Below are positions 12,950 to 25,834 of a stretch of DNA of 64,000 nt, one piece after another; position 1 is the stretch's first letter; each line of letters starts with the position of its first letter. Position numbers and translations under genes: made by a program. The stretch is taken from the NCBI RefSeq assembly GCF_006345805.1, contig NC_043010.1:3782001-3846000 (forward strand), in the 5' to 3' direction. The DNA is from Octopus sinensis. Its lineage: Eukaryota. The notes under the pieces were generated by a model. It saw only the letters and a list, made by a program, of their open reading frames with translations. It had not been told where the DNA came from and made no database searches.

Positions 12950-13618
12950 TCTAGTATATATAAATCACAGTATGTGTGTGTGTATAATGACTAACACATA
13001 CATTTCCACAATTCTCAACCGATTTTCACCAAACTTTACACACACATTACTTATGTCCCAAGGATGGTCATGCACAACAACCTTTTGCCCAGAGCTCCTG
13101 CATAAATGAACGTAAATGGACATAGTTTTTTGTATGTAGTCTTCCATACTTTTCTTAATCTTTTTATAAAAGTGAAGGAGTTTGTCTATTTATATAGTCA
13201 TGACTGAGAGGGAGTGAGAGAAAGTAATAGTAATAAGAGAGAGGAAGTGGCAAAGAGAGCATTGTGTATCTCCTACTATAATAATCTATAATAATACTCT
13301 TGTGTATTTCTCCGTCACAACATATGAATGAGAAAGGAAGGGGTGATCCACTGATGGAAGTGGAATGGTGAAAAGTCAATGATGAAACAAAAATCAAACA
13401 ACACTTCAACTCTGTGTGAGTGTATGTGTGTGCATGTAAAAGGGAGGAATGTGAATGTTTGTGTGTCTGTGTGTGTGTGTGAATGTGTGTGTTTGTATAA
13501 AATATATATAAAATACATTTGAGTGAGTGTATATGTGTTTGTGTATGTTTATTTAGAAAGATACATAGAAAATAGAATTACAGACACTTGCACATTTACA
13601 CATACATACATACATACA

Positions 13619-13654
<36 letters not shown>

Positions 13655-13892
13655 TATATATATGAACAGATACACTTAAAAAGGAAGGAAGGAAGCGGGC
13701 TGGGCAAAGTATAGAAAACCGCGTTTGCTGCTCATACATATAAGTGTATACTTATGCACACATACGCGCATGTGCACACACACACACACACAGAGTTGAA
13801 GCAGTTTGATTTTTTTCTCACCTATTTGTACCCTTTTATATATATAAAATACTACTATTAGCTGTCATTTTTTATGGCACGGGGTCAGCTAG
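12950..13892 (+). mobile_element. Probable non-autonomous Helitron
   Basis: A|TCTAGTATATATAAATC... start with gtatgtgtgtg and ctcaaccgattttcaccaaactttacac. Ends gcacggggtcagCTAG|T (A/T target, TC...CTAG). The 3' hairpin is weak. Internal IR at 13391-13418 / 13786-13813. Confidence 0.6.
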
Positions 13893-14420
13893 TAGTAATA
13901 TCTTAACTGATTGGAAGTGTTATCATGTACATTGTTTTGTCTTGGTATAAAAGATGGGCTACAGCAAATATTCTACTTAATACCACCAATTTGCTGGCCA
14001 GTTAAGTTAAGTTAAGTTGTTTGACCTTAACCAGTTGACCATGTCCTTTAGTGGCTGACGATATGTGCATCTCTGATCATGAGCAGAAGTAGTTGGGGAG
14101 CATCATAGCCATGTGTTGAGAGGAATTCTTTGGGGTTTGAATAATTCACCTCTGGAAACATAGGTGTTTTGTTTATCATCCTTAAAACAAACTTTATCCG
14201 GGGGGGGGGGACTTTTAACTGGGCCCCACCTGCAAGGTCATGCACTGTTTATTTTGATATGAGATCACCATGTCACACACATGTGGTTGTGAGGCATGTG
14301 TCTGGTGTACCCTTATCAGATGGGTAGTCATGATGGGTATATTGGGTTTCGTATATTTGTACCCCAGTGTCACTTTGATGGCATGCACTGCTCTGTCACA
14401 CAATAATAATAATAATAATA
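13893..14420 (+). mobile_element. Interspersed repeat family E ending in (AAT)n
   Basis: The 3' ~200 bp (ccccacctgcaaggtcatg...gtgtcactttgatggcatgcactgctct...caataataat) recur in reverse complement at 60850-61050. Confidence 0.8.
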
Positions 14421-14439
14421 ATTGTTGTGTCTTTGGGGA

Positions 14440-14840
14440 CAGTATCAAAGGGTATCGCGAGGGATTATAAAGAAAGTAGGAATAGCATGCCCAGCCAGAA
14501 TCATCAGAATTAGATAGTTGAAGAGAACAAATGGCATGATACTGTAGGCTGCAGGTAGCAAACCCACTGCTCATGCAAGATTCCAGGAATTAAAATCTGA
14601 GTTAAAATAATAGTAAAATAATAATAATCCTTTCTTCTAAAGGTACAAGGCCTGAAATTCTGAGGGAAGGGAGTAGTTGATTACAGTGACCCCAGTGTTT
14701 TACTGGTACTTAATTTATTGACCTCAAAAGAATGAAAGGCAAAATCGATTCCAGTGGAATTTGAACTCAAAACGTGAAGATGGAGGAAATGCTGCTAGGC
14801 ATTTTACCTGGCGTGCTAACGATTCTGCCAGCTTGCTGCC

Positions 14841-14886
<46 letters not shown>

Positions 14887-15105
14887 TAATAATAATAATA
14901 GTAATAATGATAATAATCCTTTCTACTATAGGCACATGGCCTGCATTTTGTGGGGAGGGGCACAGTCGATCACATCAATCCCAGTACTCAACCGTTACTT
15001 AATTTATCGACCCCCGAAAGGATGAAAAGCAAAGTTGACTTTGCCAGAATTTGAACTTGGAACATAGCGATGGGCAAAATACTGCTAAGCATTTTGCCTG
15101 ATGTG
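14440..15105. mobile_element. R4 3'-end remnant (+), then two A2 SINEs (-) separated by (AAT)n
   Basis: ggctgcaggtag...gctcatgcaag matches the R4 3'UTR at ~12425. Reverse-complement SINE cores at 14620-14840 and 14917-15105. (AAT)n at 14841-14916. Confidence 0.75.
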
Positions 15106-15425
15106 GTTTAGACTGTTAGAGTTGTGAGTGATGACATTGGTATGAAGTTTGGAATAGATCAGTGTGTAGCGCAAGTAATAAGGAGAGAAAAGATATCTAC
15201 ATCAGAAAGGATTAAATTCCCAGATGAGACATCAAGCAGAGCAATGAATAATGGTGATAGTTACAAGTAACTAGGTGTATTGGAGGCAGAATTCTCTGTC
15301 AAGAAATGAAAGAGGAAATGAGAAAAGAATATCTCAAGAGAGTGGGAAGGTGCTAAGCTCAAAAGTGAATGGAAAGGAAAAGCATCTCTGCAGTAAATAC
15401 GCAGACACAGTCTCTCCTAGACTTG
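15105..15425 (+). mobile_element. R4/Dong-like LINE fragment (post-RT thumb region)
   Basis: TVRVVSDDIGMKFGIDQC...GDSYK*LGVLEA...EMKEEMRKEYLKRV. Confidence 0.8.
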
Positions 15426-16049
15426 TGAGGTTCCTTAATTGATCTTAGGTAGTTGTCTCCTACTCCATATTAGATACCTTTCTCATGATAATATTTTTAT
15501 AATCATCTGTTGTTGTTTTTAATTCAGTTTTATTTATTTTCATATAGATCCCTACTACTTAAAACGCCAGTTTTGGTACTGCCACCAGTGTCTTTGAGCT
15601 CTTGTGGCAAAAAATTATTTTTATTATGACTTGTGGAGTTATGCTGAACAATTGTTGCCAAATGTAGGATAAATTCAACTATCAACTAAGTCTATTATGA
15701 GAATTGCCCTACCATCCACATTTTATTTGGCAGGGCAGGATTACCCTGAGCACCAGGTGCAAGTGACCTTTCCTAGATGTCTCTATAGCCAACAGTCACA
15801 TACTGAAAGCAGGCTCACTCACTTGGGTCATGCTCTTCACTCTCACACATCTTGCAACAAATTTTTGGTGAGGTCAGTACCTTCAACTGCATCTTAAGCG
15901 AAGCTTGAAAAAGTTGATGAAGGCTTGGTATCTCAAGAAAATACCTTTACAAAAACCAAACTAAAAAAAATTATTGTAGAGTAGGAAGGATTTATGTCCA
16001 ATTTCTGCAAAGCAATTGATTCACTTCTTGCTAACAAGATGCTAGTGGT

Positions 16050-16930
16050 TGGTGTGAAAGTACACAAAAATAATGTCATGTGCCTGGATCAATTACTAGC
16101 AAGCCCTTGATTTGGATATTACTTCACTAGCCTATCAACATACTTGAAGCACATCAGTTTGATGACACTTTGGCAAATTTCATTAAAAGAAGTGGCAAGC
16201 AGTTTCTATAGTAACTAACACTAACTGTAAACTGAAACCTTATTAGGAATATCTATCAAGATATTCCCAGGTAACAGAGCATCTAGTCTTTATTTCATTC
16301 TATGCTTGTTTCCCTTCTGTTGACTTATAAAATGAAACAATTTAGGATATTTCACAGGGAGAGGTGGGGAGGGCCAAGCTTATCCACTGTCTTGCCTTCA
16401 TGAATGATCTAATATATACTGCAAATGGTCCCTTGCTTGGAAGTCATTTTAGTATTATCAAGCAATTTAGTAAGGTCATTAAGATGTCCTTTGAATTGGA
16501 AAAATACAATAAGGTAATCATACAACAATGCACACTGTCATGTTAAGCAGATAATTTGGAAATCCAAAGAGAGGAGATAATATGAGAATAAGAAAGCTCT
16601 GCTTATTATAAGTAGTTAGGCATCGGTGAAAGAAAAATTATGTGTGAAAGCTTTTTGAATGCCAATAAAAATTGAATGAGTGAAAAAGATTATATAAAAC
16701 TCATCTTAATAGTAAGAAAACTATATGTGCTATTAACACGGCTGTGGTGCTGACCATAATCTATGCCTCTGTAGTTTTGTACAGGAAGGTAATAAACCCA
16801 GATTAAAATAGAGAGTGATATGAAAAATCTATAAAAAATAACCCTCTGTACTGCGCAGTAAGTTTGACTGTACATCTTAAGAAGAGAAGGCAGTAGGCAA
16901 TGATAAGGACAGAGGCTCAATAGTCTCTTG
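16050..16930 (+). mobile_element. Highly decayed R4-like reverse transcriptase
   Basis: ORF 16364 reads KLIHCLAFMNDLIYTA...IIKQFSKVIKMSFELEK, parallel to HLLxMDDLKLY...V..FS.DI.M.FGL.K. Confidence 0.65.
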
Positions 16931-17034
16931 GAGTTTTTTCAGAGAGCAGCGTTTAATTTTATTCACTACTTTTCTGACTCACAATAAGGTTTCATGCCTG
17001 TGTATTTTCTGAAACAATTACATCACACTGTCTG

Positions 17035-17420
17035 ACATGTGGTAAGTAGCTTGCTAACCAACCATATGGTTCCGGGTTCAGTCCGACTGCGTGGCATCTT
17101 GGGCAAGTGTCTTCTGCTATAGCCTTGGGCCGACAAATGCCTTGTGAGTGGATTTGGTAGACGGAAACTGAAAGAAGCCTGTCGTATATATATATGTATG
17201 TGTATGTGTGTGTTTGTCTGTGTTTGTCCCCCTAGCATTGCTTGACAACCGACGCTGGTGTGTTTACGTCCCCGTCACTTAGCGGTTCGGCAAAAGAGAT
17301 CGATAGAATAAGTACTGGGCTTACAAAGAATAAGTCCCGGGGTCGATTTGCTTGACTAAAGGCGGTGCTCCAGCATGGCCACAGTCAAATGACTGGAACA
17401 AGTAAAAGAGTAAAAGAGTA
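17035..17420 (+). mobile_element. CORE-type SINE family B, young, slightly 5'-truncated
   Basis: tgtggtaagtagcttgctaaccaacc...cttgggcaagtgtcttc...(TA/TG)n...gtaaaagagtaaaagagta tail. Confidence 0.9.
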
Positions 17421-18158
17421 TATGTCTGTAAATCCAGTTTTAACTCCTTTGGTTCTTTGGTTCTTATATGAACATCCACTTGTTTATAAAATTGGCAGGT
17501 TATCCACACAATGTATTTGTAAACATTGATTATATGTTTTGAAGAAAGAAACACTCTATGTATTTCTCAAACCACAAACAATAAAAACAACAATTATAAT
17601 AGCAAACATTGTTGTTATCATTTAAGTAAATAATTACCAAATTAATTTGAGTTGCCATTACAAAATGTTCTTCTTGGGGTATTTCTTTGAAATCTGTTCC
17701 CCCCCCAAAAAAAATTCGTTCTAATTTCAGTTGTTTTAAATTTGGCATTTATACCTAATTAGATAGGGGTTAAAACAACTCACCATATTTTCAATAATGA
17801 AGAATTTGTTTTGAAAATAGATATGAGGCTTGCTGTTTTTAGGGCAAGGCAAACGAGAAACTTACATATGTTTGTATTTTCCCAAAATATCATTAGCTAT
17901 ATACCAAATATCAATGATTTCAATAACAAAATTTTGATTAAAAACTAATACATGGAAAGACCATCAGCAGCAATATTAGTAGCATCATCAGCAGTAGTAA
18001 TAATAATAGTAGTAACACTGAGCAGTTTTTCAAACATAGCCTATCCTTCTTCTTTGATGTAACCTACTCATTATGTTGGACGTGTTATATACACCCAGAC
18101 ATATACATATTATGTATATGCACACATACATATACATACATACATTTATATATATATA

Positions 18159-18615
18159 TACTCTTTTACTCTTTTACTTGTTTCAGTCATTTGACTGTGG
18201 CCATGCTGGAGCACCGCCTTTAATCGAGCGACTCGACCCCGGGACTTATTCTTTTTGTAAGCCCAGTACTTATTCTATCGCTAAGTAACGGGGACATAAA
18301 CACACCAGCATCGGTTGTCAAGCAATGCTAGGGGGACAAACACAGACACACAAACACACACACGCATATATATATATATATATATATACGACAGGCTTCT
18401 TTCAGTTTCCGTCTACCAAATCCACTCACAGGACATTGGTCGACCTTGCTGCTGCTGCTGGTGTCATGTAAAAAGCAGCCAGTACACTCTGCAAAGTGGC
18501 TGGTGTTTGGAAGGGCATCCAGCTGTAGAAAACCATGCCAAAACAGACAGTAGAGCTTGGTGCAGTCTTTTAGCTCGTCAGTTGCTGTCATCATGGAAAA
18601 CTGATGTTAAAAAAG
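18159..18615. mobile_element. Family B SINE (-, 18159-18445) fused to an RTE-type 3' fragment (+, 18450-18615)
   Basis: Reverse-complement B sequence with an internal 17-nt deletion, then catgtaaaaagca...ggaagggcatccagctgtagaaaacc...catggaaaactgatgttaaa. Confidence 0.8.
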
Positions 18616-18784
18616 ACTTGTATACATTTATACTTATAAAGGCACGTGCCTAGTAGTTGGAGTCATGATTGTAAGGTCATGATTTCAATTCCTAGATTGA
18701 GCAGTATATTAGGTCCGAGGTAAAGATATTTCATTACATACTGTTCCAGTTCATTTGAATGAAAAGGAATTATTTCTGTTGCAG

Positions 18785-19064
18785 TACTCTTACTCTCTCT
18801 TTTACTCTTTTACTTGTTTCAGTCATTTGACTGCGGCCATACAGGAGCACTGCCTTTAATCGAGCGACTCGACCCCGGGACTTATTCTTTTTGTAAGCCC
18901 AGTACTTATTCTATCGGTCTCTTTTGCCGAACCGCTAAGTGACGGGGACGTAAACACACCTGCATCGGTTGTCAAGCAATGCTAGGGGGACAAACACAGA
19001 CACACAAACAAACACACACACGCATACTTATATATATACATATATACGACAGGCTTCTTTCAGA
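18785..19064 (-). mobile_element. Family B SINE, 3' two-thirds
   Basis: Reverse-complement tail ctcttttactcttttacttgtttcagtcatttgactgcggcc through gacaggcttctttcag. Confidence 0.88.
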
Positions 19065-22000
19065 CATACACATCTACATACACAGACATACACATACACA
19101 GACATACACATCTACATACCTCATAGTCTTATATTCTGGATGAAGTTGTTATTAGTGGTGTTTGTTATTGCCACTTTTTTTTTATGTAGTGGGCTGCAAA
19201 GATCATGATAATGATGTTTTTACTGATGATATTGTCACAGGTGGATTAAAATTATTTTTGCCACATACTCAAAGCGAAATCCAGCAAACAGTAAATGTTC
19301 TTAGTTTACTACAGCTTTGCTGTATATGTGTGTTAATTTTTGGTTTGCATTTTGTTATCAATAAACCTTCAATTAGTCATATCTAGACACATTACAAGGA
19401 TATAAATCCTTAGTGCTTGATTGGTACTTTATTTTATCATTTCCAGAAGGTTGAGAGGCAAAGTTGAACTCATTGGGATTTGAACTCAGAATTTAAAGTA
19501 CCATAACTGAATACTGCCACTTATTTTTAATGTGGATGTAATAATTCTGCCTGTCCACTGTGCATGCACACACACACACACACACCACACACACACACAC
19601 ACACACTCACACGTGTATGTGTGTATGTATATACATTTGTGTGTTTGTGTGTGTGTGTGTATATATATAGAGAGAGAGGTAGGGGGGAATGGTATCTAAG
19701 TGTAATGGAAACAAATACTAATGAACCAAAATCATATTGCCTCTTTATTAAATTTTTTAAATTAAAAAATAGTATAATGATCAGGAAAATATTTATGAAA
19801 CTGCAATCCATCAAATCTTTTATAAATTAATATTGGTAATGCTACAGTATAATATTGAATGAAAGATTATCAATAGGTAATTAAAATATAAACAAAATTT
19901 CATGAAAGTTATCAAGCTGTCATTTTCTCAAAATGACATTTAAAATATCCAATTCATTAAAGTTTATATGAAAAACACAAGAATGAGAAATTTAGTGTTT
20001 AAGTGTCTTTACAGAACTGTTAAAGGAAGTGTCTCTCGGAAGTCCATTGTTTGTGGAGAACTCTCTTAAATATTTATATTAATATTTATGTAACGTTGCA
20101 ATACTCATTGAGTATTTAAACTCAGTTCTATCAAATGTAGTGTTGCCCAGGCTCACCATAGTATCTGTTTACAAATAAATGAAATCTAAGTTTATTGGTG
20201 ATAAACTCAGCAGAGTATTGATAACATTCAAACTGTGAATTCCTCAGCCAGTATGACAACACATCATTGACTTAGTAATCTTAAATTCTACATCTTCCAA
20301 ACACGATTCAATGAATTATTGATTTAAATGTTTGTATAAGAACAAGTAAGCATTTTTTTTTTCTTGTTCTTGGTATTCAAATTTTTGTTCATTTATATCA
20401 AATTTAGAAGTTGGATGCATTCAAATAAAAATTTAGTCAGAAGCCAGAATGGTAGGAATAAAAGAGAAATCTTTTAGAACACAGTATCTGATTTGGGATA
20501 CACACTCATTGTTACATTGTTGGACTCTTTTGAAAACTGAAATCAAATTACACTCATTACTACAGTAAGAAAAAAATGATTGGAAAAAGATAGAAAATTG
20601 ATAAACATACTTTTATTTAAGCAATAATGCTGAAATAGTTTTTACTGTTTTGGACTAACTTCCTGATAACAAATTTTTATCCCTATATACTTCTAAACAT
20701 TGCTAAATTATGTAAGATAATACTTTATTAGAATATTGATCTCATCTTTGGAGTATATATTTGTAGTGTTTATATTCACACAATAACTTGATCAGTTAGA
20801 TCTCCATTATCATTGAGTATCTTACAAACATAGTGTCAAACTGAATTTGAGCTAGTACACATCCCATGTTTGAAGATCAAATCATAAGTTAGATACAATT
20901 GAAGGATTTTATTGACAAAACTCATCACAGGTGTTGGAACATTTAACTAATTAACTATATATTTGAATCTATACATTAGTTTTCAAAATTATGTATCAAG
21001 AGAAAAGATGAGTCATAACTGTAACAAGGCTTGGAGAAAATTTTAATTGTAATATTGGAAAATAGATGAATCACAAGATTGAAGCATAAATGGTGAATGT
21101 GGTTTTCATTAATAATTGGATGCTCCTATTTTGTAAAACTTTCATTTCCGTATACTTTCATTCATTAATCTAAAATATTTTTAATCATACCTTCAAATTT
21201 CTTGGTGATCATAAAGAATAAAAAAAGCTATTGAAAAGAGTAAGTTAAGGTGAAATGAAGTGATTCCATGTAATTGAATGTGTTTATAGGTATTGCATAT
21301 TTTTTACAACTGCAATACCATTAAAGAACTTAAATGCTTCTCTGAATAAGATCAGTTGTTCTGGAAAAAATACCTGTGTGTATTAAAGAAGATAAGTATT
21401 GAATAATGAAAGTATTATTTCCCTTTGTTCATTTATTAGTATTATTTGTCAATTTCCAAGTAATTAAAAAACATTCTTTCTAAGTGCTAATTCTTATATC
21501 TGTAGAGAAATGCACTTGAACATCTTTCCTTTAAAACAAATCTTTGTTGTAAGCCATTTCAAGTATATTCTCGTATTGGTTTCTGTTGAACAGGTGCAAA
21601 ATAACCTTTTATCATTCTATATCCAACTTCCTTTATGACATTTCTTTGTTTGTACTTTTTTTTAACTTTTAAAATATTATGCCCAAATTCTTTCTTGGTT
21701 TATGTCTGTTCTAACATTACTAGCATCTGATACAGCTTGCAACACATATTTTGCATCCTCTTTTATTTCCTTACATACACGTTAATCTGACAAATATTCA
21801 CAAATCAACACCTGTGAAAATTTATAAAACACGTAATTCAAATATAATTTTTAAACACTTCCAACAGATAACATTCAGCTTGTTCTTCTCTACAACATAA
21901 AATGCTTGGTTTGCTCCTGAAGGGTATTATTTAGGAGACTATTTTGCCATTGTCATTAAAGATGGAGAAAAATAAAATGAATTAGAATAAGGTGGAATAA

Positions 22001-22452
22001 AAATGTAGCATAGAAGTAAAAATTTAAAAATACATACATACATGCACACACAGACGCAAGCATACACACACACACACATGCACACACACTCATCTTCAGA
22101 TACAAGCATAGCTGTATGATTAAGAAGACTGTTTCAAAACCACAGTGGTTTGGGCTTCACTACATGTGAGCGTGAAAAAGTGGACATAAGAATGATGATT
22201 ATGTGTGTGTGTGTGTGCACGCGTGCATGTGTTTTGTGTGTGTGTGTGTGTGTGTGGTGTGTGTGTGTGTGTGTGTGTGTGGTAAGGCTTCCACAAGCAG
22301 AAAAGCACTCAATCAGCTAAGGAAGTAAAGATAATGTTATAATGAAAACCACAAACTTTGTTTTCAGTTTTAAAACTTGCAAAATTAATTTGTTTTGATC
22401 AGGAAACCCTGGGTAGCTGTATTTAACAAGGTTTGTGGTTATTACTGTAACA

Positions 22453-22454
<2 letters not shown>

Positions 22455-22541
<87 letters not shown>
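22455..22541. repeat. (TA)n microsatellite, ~43 units
   Basis: Directly visible. Confidence 0.97.
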
Positions 22542-23229
22542 CAAACAGTTTGACTTTCATATGCCTTAGAGTTTCTTGGGCACATAGGACATTCATTCAT
22601 CTCATCAGACTTTCAGAAGCAGAGTGGAAGCTTTGAAAGCAATTCAAGATGGCTTCAAGGTGTTCAGGTCTCACTCATTCAATTCAGCTCATGTGGTATT
22701 TAGGCTATCAAAGCAACACCAGTTATGTTTTAGTCCATGTATGCGGACATGATGGGCTATGGCATAGCGTATTCAGTGACTCCAATTCCTTGTTTTGGGT
22801 ACTGCATATGGTGGGGTAAGATGTCCGGTGTGAATCTGTAACTCAGTCGTCATTCAGTGGAGTTTGAAGACATTAGTAGTAGCAAACCACCATTTGCAAC
22901 ACCAAAGGAACTGATATCACTGGATATACTATGCCAGAACCCACTGTTAAAGTGGCACCACCATCTTGCCACTATCGTGTGGAAATAAACTTTAAAAAAA
23001 TAACTAGTGTTAGTTTGATAGCATTTACGCCATGTAACCTGCGTTGATCAATAGAGGCCTAAACACCTAGAAACATCTTCCACTCTGTTTTTGAATATCA
23101 ATGAAATAGATGCATCCTATATGCCCGTGAAAGTTTTAATCCATGTGGAGTTGAGTCAGACTATTATTAAATACATGTAACTCCAACCAAATGTGTTGAT
23201 TGCTACTTTCTTTTGCTTGTTCACTTACT

Positions 23230-23560
23230 ATATGTGTGTGTATGTATGTATGTATGTATGTATGTATGTATGTATGTATGTATACATGTATGTATGTAAT
23301 GTATGTAATGTATGTAATGTATGTATGTATGTATGTATGTATGTATGCATGTATGTATGTATGTATGTATGTATGTATGTATACATGTATGTATGTAATG
23401 TATGTAATGTATGTAATGTATGTATGTATGTATGCATGTATGTATGTATGTATGTATGTATGTATGCATGTATGTATGTATGTATGTGTGTATGTATGTA
23501 GGTATGTATGTATGTATGTATGTATGTATGTATGTATGTATGTATGAATGTATGTACGTA
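23230..23560. repeat. (TATG)n compound microsatellite with a ~99-bp higher-order duplication
   Basis: The block tatacatg...(taatgtatg)x3...gcatg starts at 23281 and again at 23380. Confidence 0.9.
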
Positions 23561-23714
23561 TGTACGTGCATACGTCTGTGTGTCTGTGGTCGTGGGGGTG
23601 TTTGCATGTATGTATGTATTCAGTTTACCACCCTTCTTTGCCATTTTGATTATTAAGAATGACACAAACATAGAAAGTGTCATCTACTACAAACCAATGG
23701 ACTCTGTGGCTGTT

Positions 23715-24070
23715 TCGTAAAAAGCTTACTTCCGAACCACAGTATCCCAAGTTCAGTCTCACTGCGTAGCACCCTGCCAAGTGTCTTCTACTATAGCTTC
23801 CGGCTGACCAAAGCCTTATCAGCGGATTTGGTAGATTGAAACTGAAAAGAAACCTGTTATATGTGTGTGTCTTTGTTTGTTCCCCCTCCACTTGACAACT
23901 GGAGTTAGTATGTTTACATCCTCATAACTTAGTGGTTCAGCAAAAGAGGCTGATAGAATAAGTGCCAGGCTTAAAAAAAAGAAAGTACTGAGTTGATTCA
24001 TTCAGCTAAAAATTCTTCAAGAGAGTGCCCCAGCATGACCACAGTCTAATGGCTGAAACAAGTGGAAAAG
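23715..24070 (+). mobile_element. Family B SINE, diverged
   Basis: ccaagttcagtctcactgcgtagcacc...aagtgtcttctactatagc...gagtgccccagcatgaccacagtc...gaaacaag. Confidence 0.82.
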
Positions 24071-24410
24071 ATGCATGTATATACACACACACACACACAC
24101 AAACACCCAAAGGAATTCTCTTGGTTTCAAATATCTGACTTACAAACAGCCACAATATACTTTGCATTCTACTATAAAGGCAGTTATATTAAAAAAAAAA
24201 AAATTCAGTTACTTGAAATGGTTGGTAGTAATTAATGAGAAGGTTACTTTGCAAAGCACATCAAAATATTGCAAGTTTTCAGCAATTTGTTGAATCAAAG
24301 AAGGAAATTGCTGTGCCATTGCCAGTTTAAGTCAGATCATGTAAACACTGTGTTGTACATGTTATTGGTGTTATTTGGTTTTAGATTTTTGCTTTCTTTT
24401 GTTCACCCTC

Positions 24411-24510
24411 ATAACTATAACTCCAAAGAGTAAATTCAATGCAAGCGAAGGTGATGCATCAAAGAAAAGGAAAATGATCACGATTAGTATTAAATTGGAA
24501 ATATTAGAGT
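24411..24510 (+). mobile_element. pogo/Tigger-like transposase N-terminal remnant
   Basis: TPKSKFNASEGDASKKRKMITISIKLEILE resembles the KRKxIxLxxKLEII start of the Tigger psq-HTH. The match is short. Confidence 0.5.
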
Positions 24511-24689
24511 AGTAAGGGAGATGTGAAACAACAATGAACATACCTACACACATGCAGTCTCTCTCACTTCCCTCTCTTTCAGTTATAAATATTCAACTTA
24601 TATTTATTATTATAGTTGTTATCATTTTTATTATTAGAAATCATCATCATCATCATCAGTGGTAGTAGTAGTAGTAGTAGTCAGTGGGT

Positions 24690-24840
24690 TGGGAGAATCA
24701 CTAGAACATTGGAAGATATACATTGCAGTATTTTTCCCTAATGCTCTTTGAGTTCAAATTCACCAAGGTCAAATTTACACCCTCCCCCAAAATTTCAGGC
24801 CTTGCACCTGTAGTAGAAAGGATTATCATTATTATTATTA

Positions 24841-24881
<41 letters not shown>

Positions 24882-24910
24882 TTGGCCATGTGCCAAAATT
24901 TGAAATCATA

Positions 24911-24978
<68 letters not shown>

Positions 24979-25023
24979 CATTATTATTATTATTTTGGCC
25001 TTGTGTCAAAATTTGAAATCATA

Positions 25024-25061
<38 letters not shown>

Positions 25062-25313
25062 GACAGGGAGCTGGCAGAATCGTTAACACACCAGTCAAAA
25101 TGCTTAGCAGTATTTCATCTGCTGCTATGTTCTGAGTTCAAATTTTGTCCAGGTCGACTTTGCCTTTCATCCTTTCCGGGTTGATAAATTAAGTACCAGT
25201 TTAGTATTGGGGGTCGATGTAATTGACTTACTCCCTCCCCACAAATTTCAGGAACTTGTGGCTATAGTAGAAAGGATTATTATTATTATTATTATCATTA
25301 TTATTATTATTAC

Positions 25314-25370
<57 letters not shown>

Positions 25371-25600
25371 GGCAGCGAGCTGGCAGAATTGTTAGCATGC
25401 TGGTCGAAATGCTTAGTGGTACTTTACCCATTGCTGTGTTCTGAGTTCAGATGTTGACTTTCAACCTTTCAGGGTCAATAAATTAAGTACCAGTGAAACA
25501 CTGAGGTCAATGTAATTGACTAGTCCCCTCCTCTGAAATCGCTGCCCTTGTGGCAAAATTTGAAACCAATATCATTATTATTATTGTTATTATTATTAAG
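24690..25600 (+). mobile_element. Array of A2 SINEs and tail-only fragments interleaved with (ATT)n
   Basis: Units at ~24690, 25060 and 25370. Tail-only units ttggcc(a/t)tgtg(c/t)caaaatttgaaatcatag at 24881 and 24995. Confidence 0.85.
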
Positions 25601-25608
25601 GCTGTGAA

Positions 25609-25834
25609 TTAACCCTTTAGCATTCAAATTAATGTCATAAGTAATCCTTATTCATTTACATTTTAAAAAATTAATCTGGTATTATCTTGTAGCTTCAAGA
25701 TTTGAAAGATGTAATTGTTTATTTTTAGAATGACATTGCAGGGTAGGTGTGAGATACTGGTTCTGGCCAGTTTGAGCATAAAATGAGTAGAATATTCGGG
25801 CCAGATATAGCCGGTTTAAACGCTAAAGGGTTAA
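25609..25834. mobile_element. TTAA-flanked MITE (piggyBac-like), second family
   Basis: TTAA|CCCTTTAGCATT ... AACGCTAAAGGG|TTAA. Confidence 0.82.
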
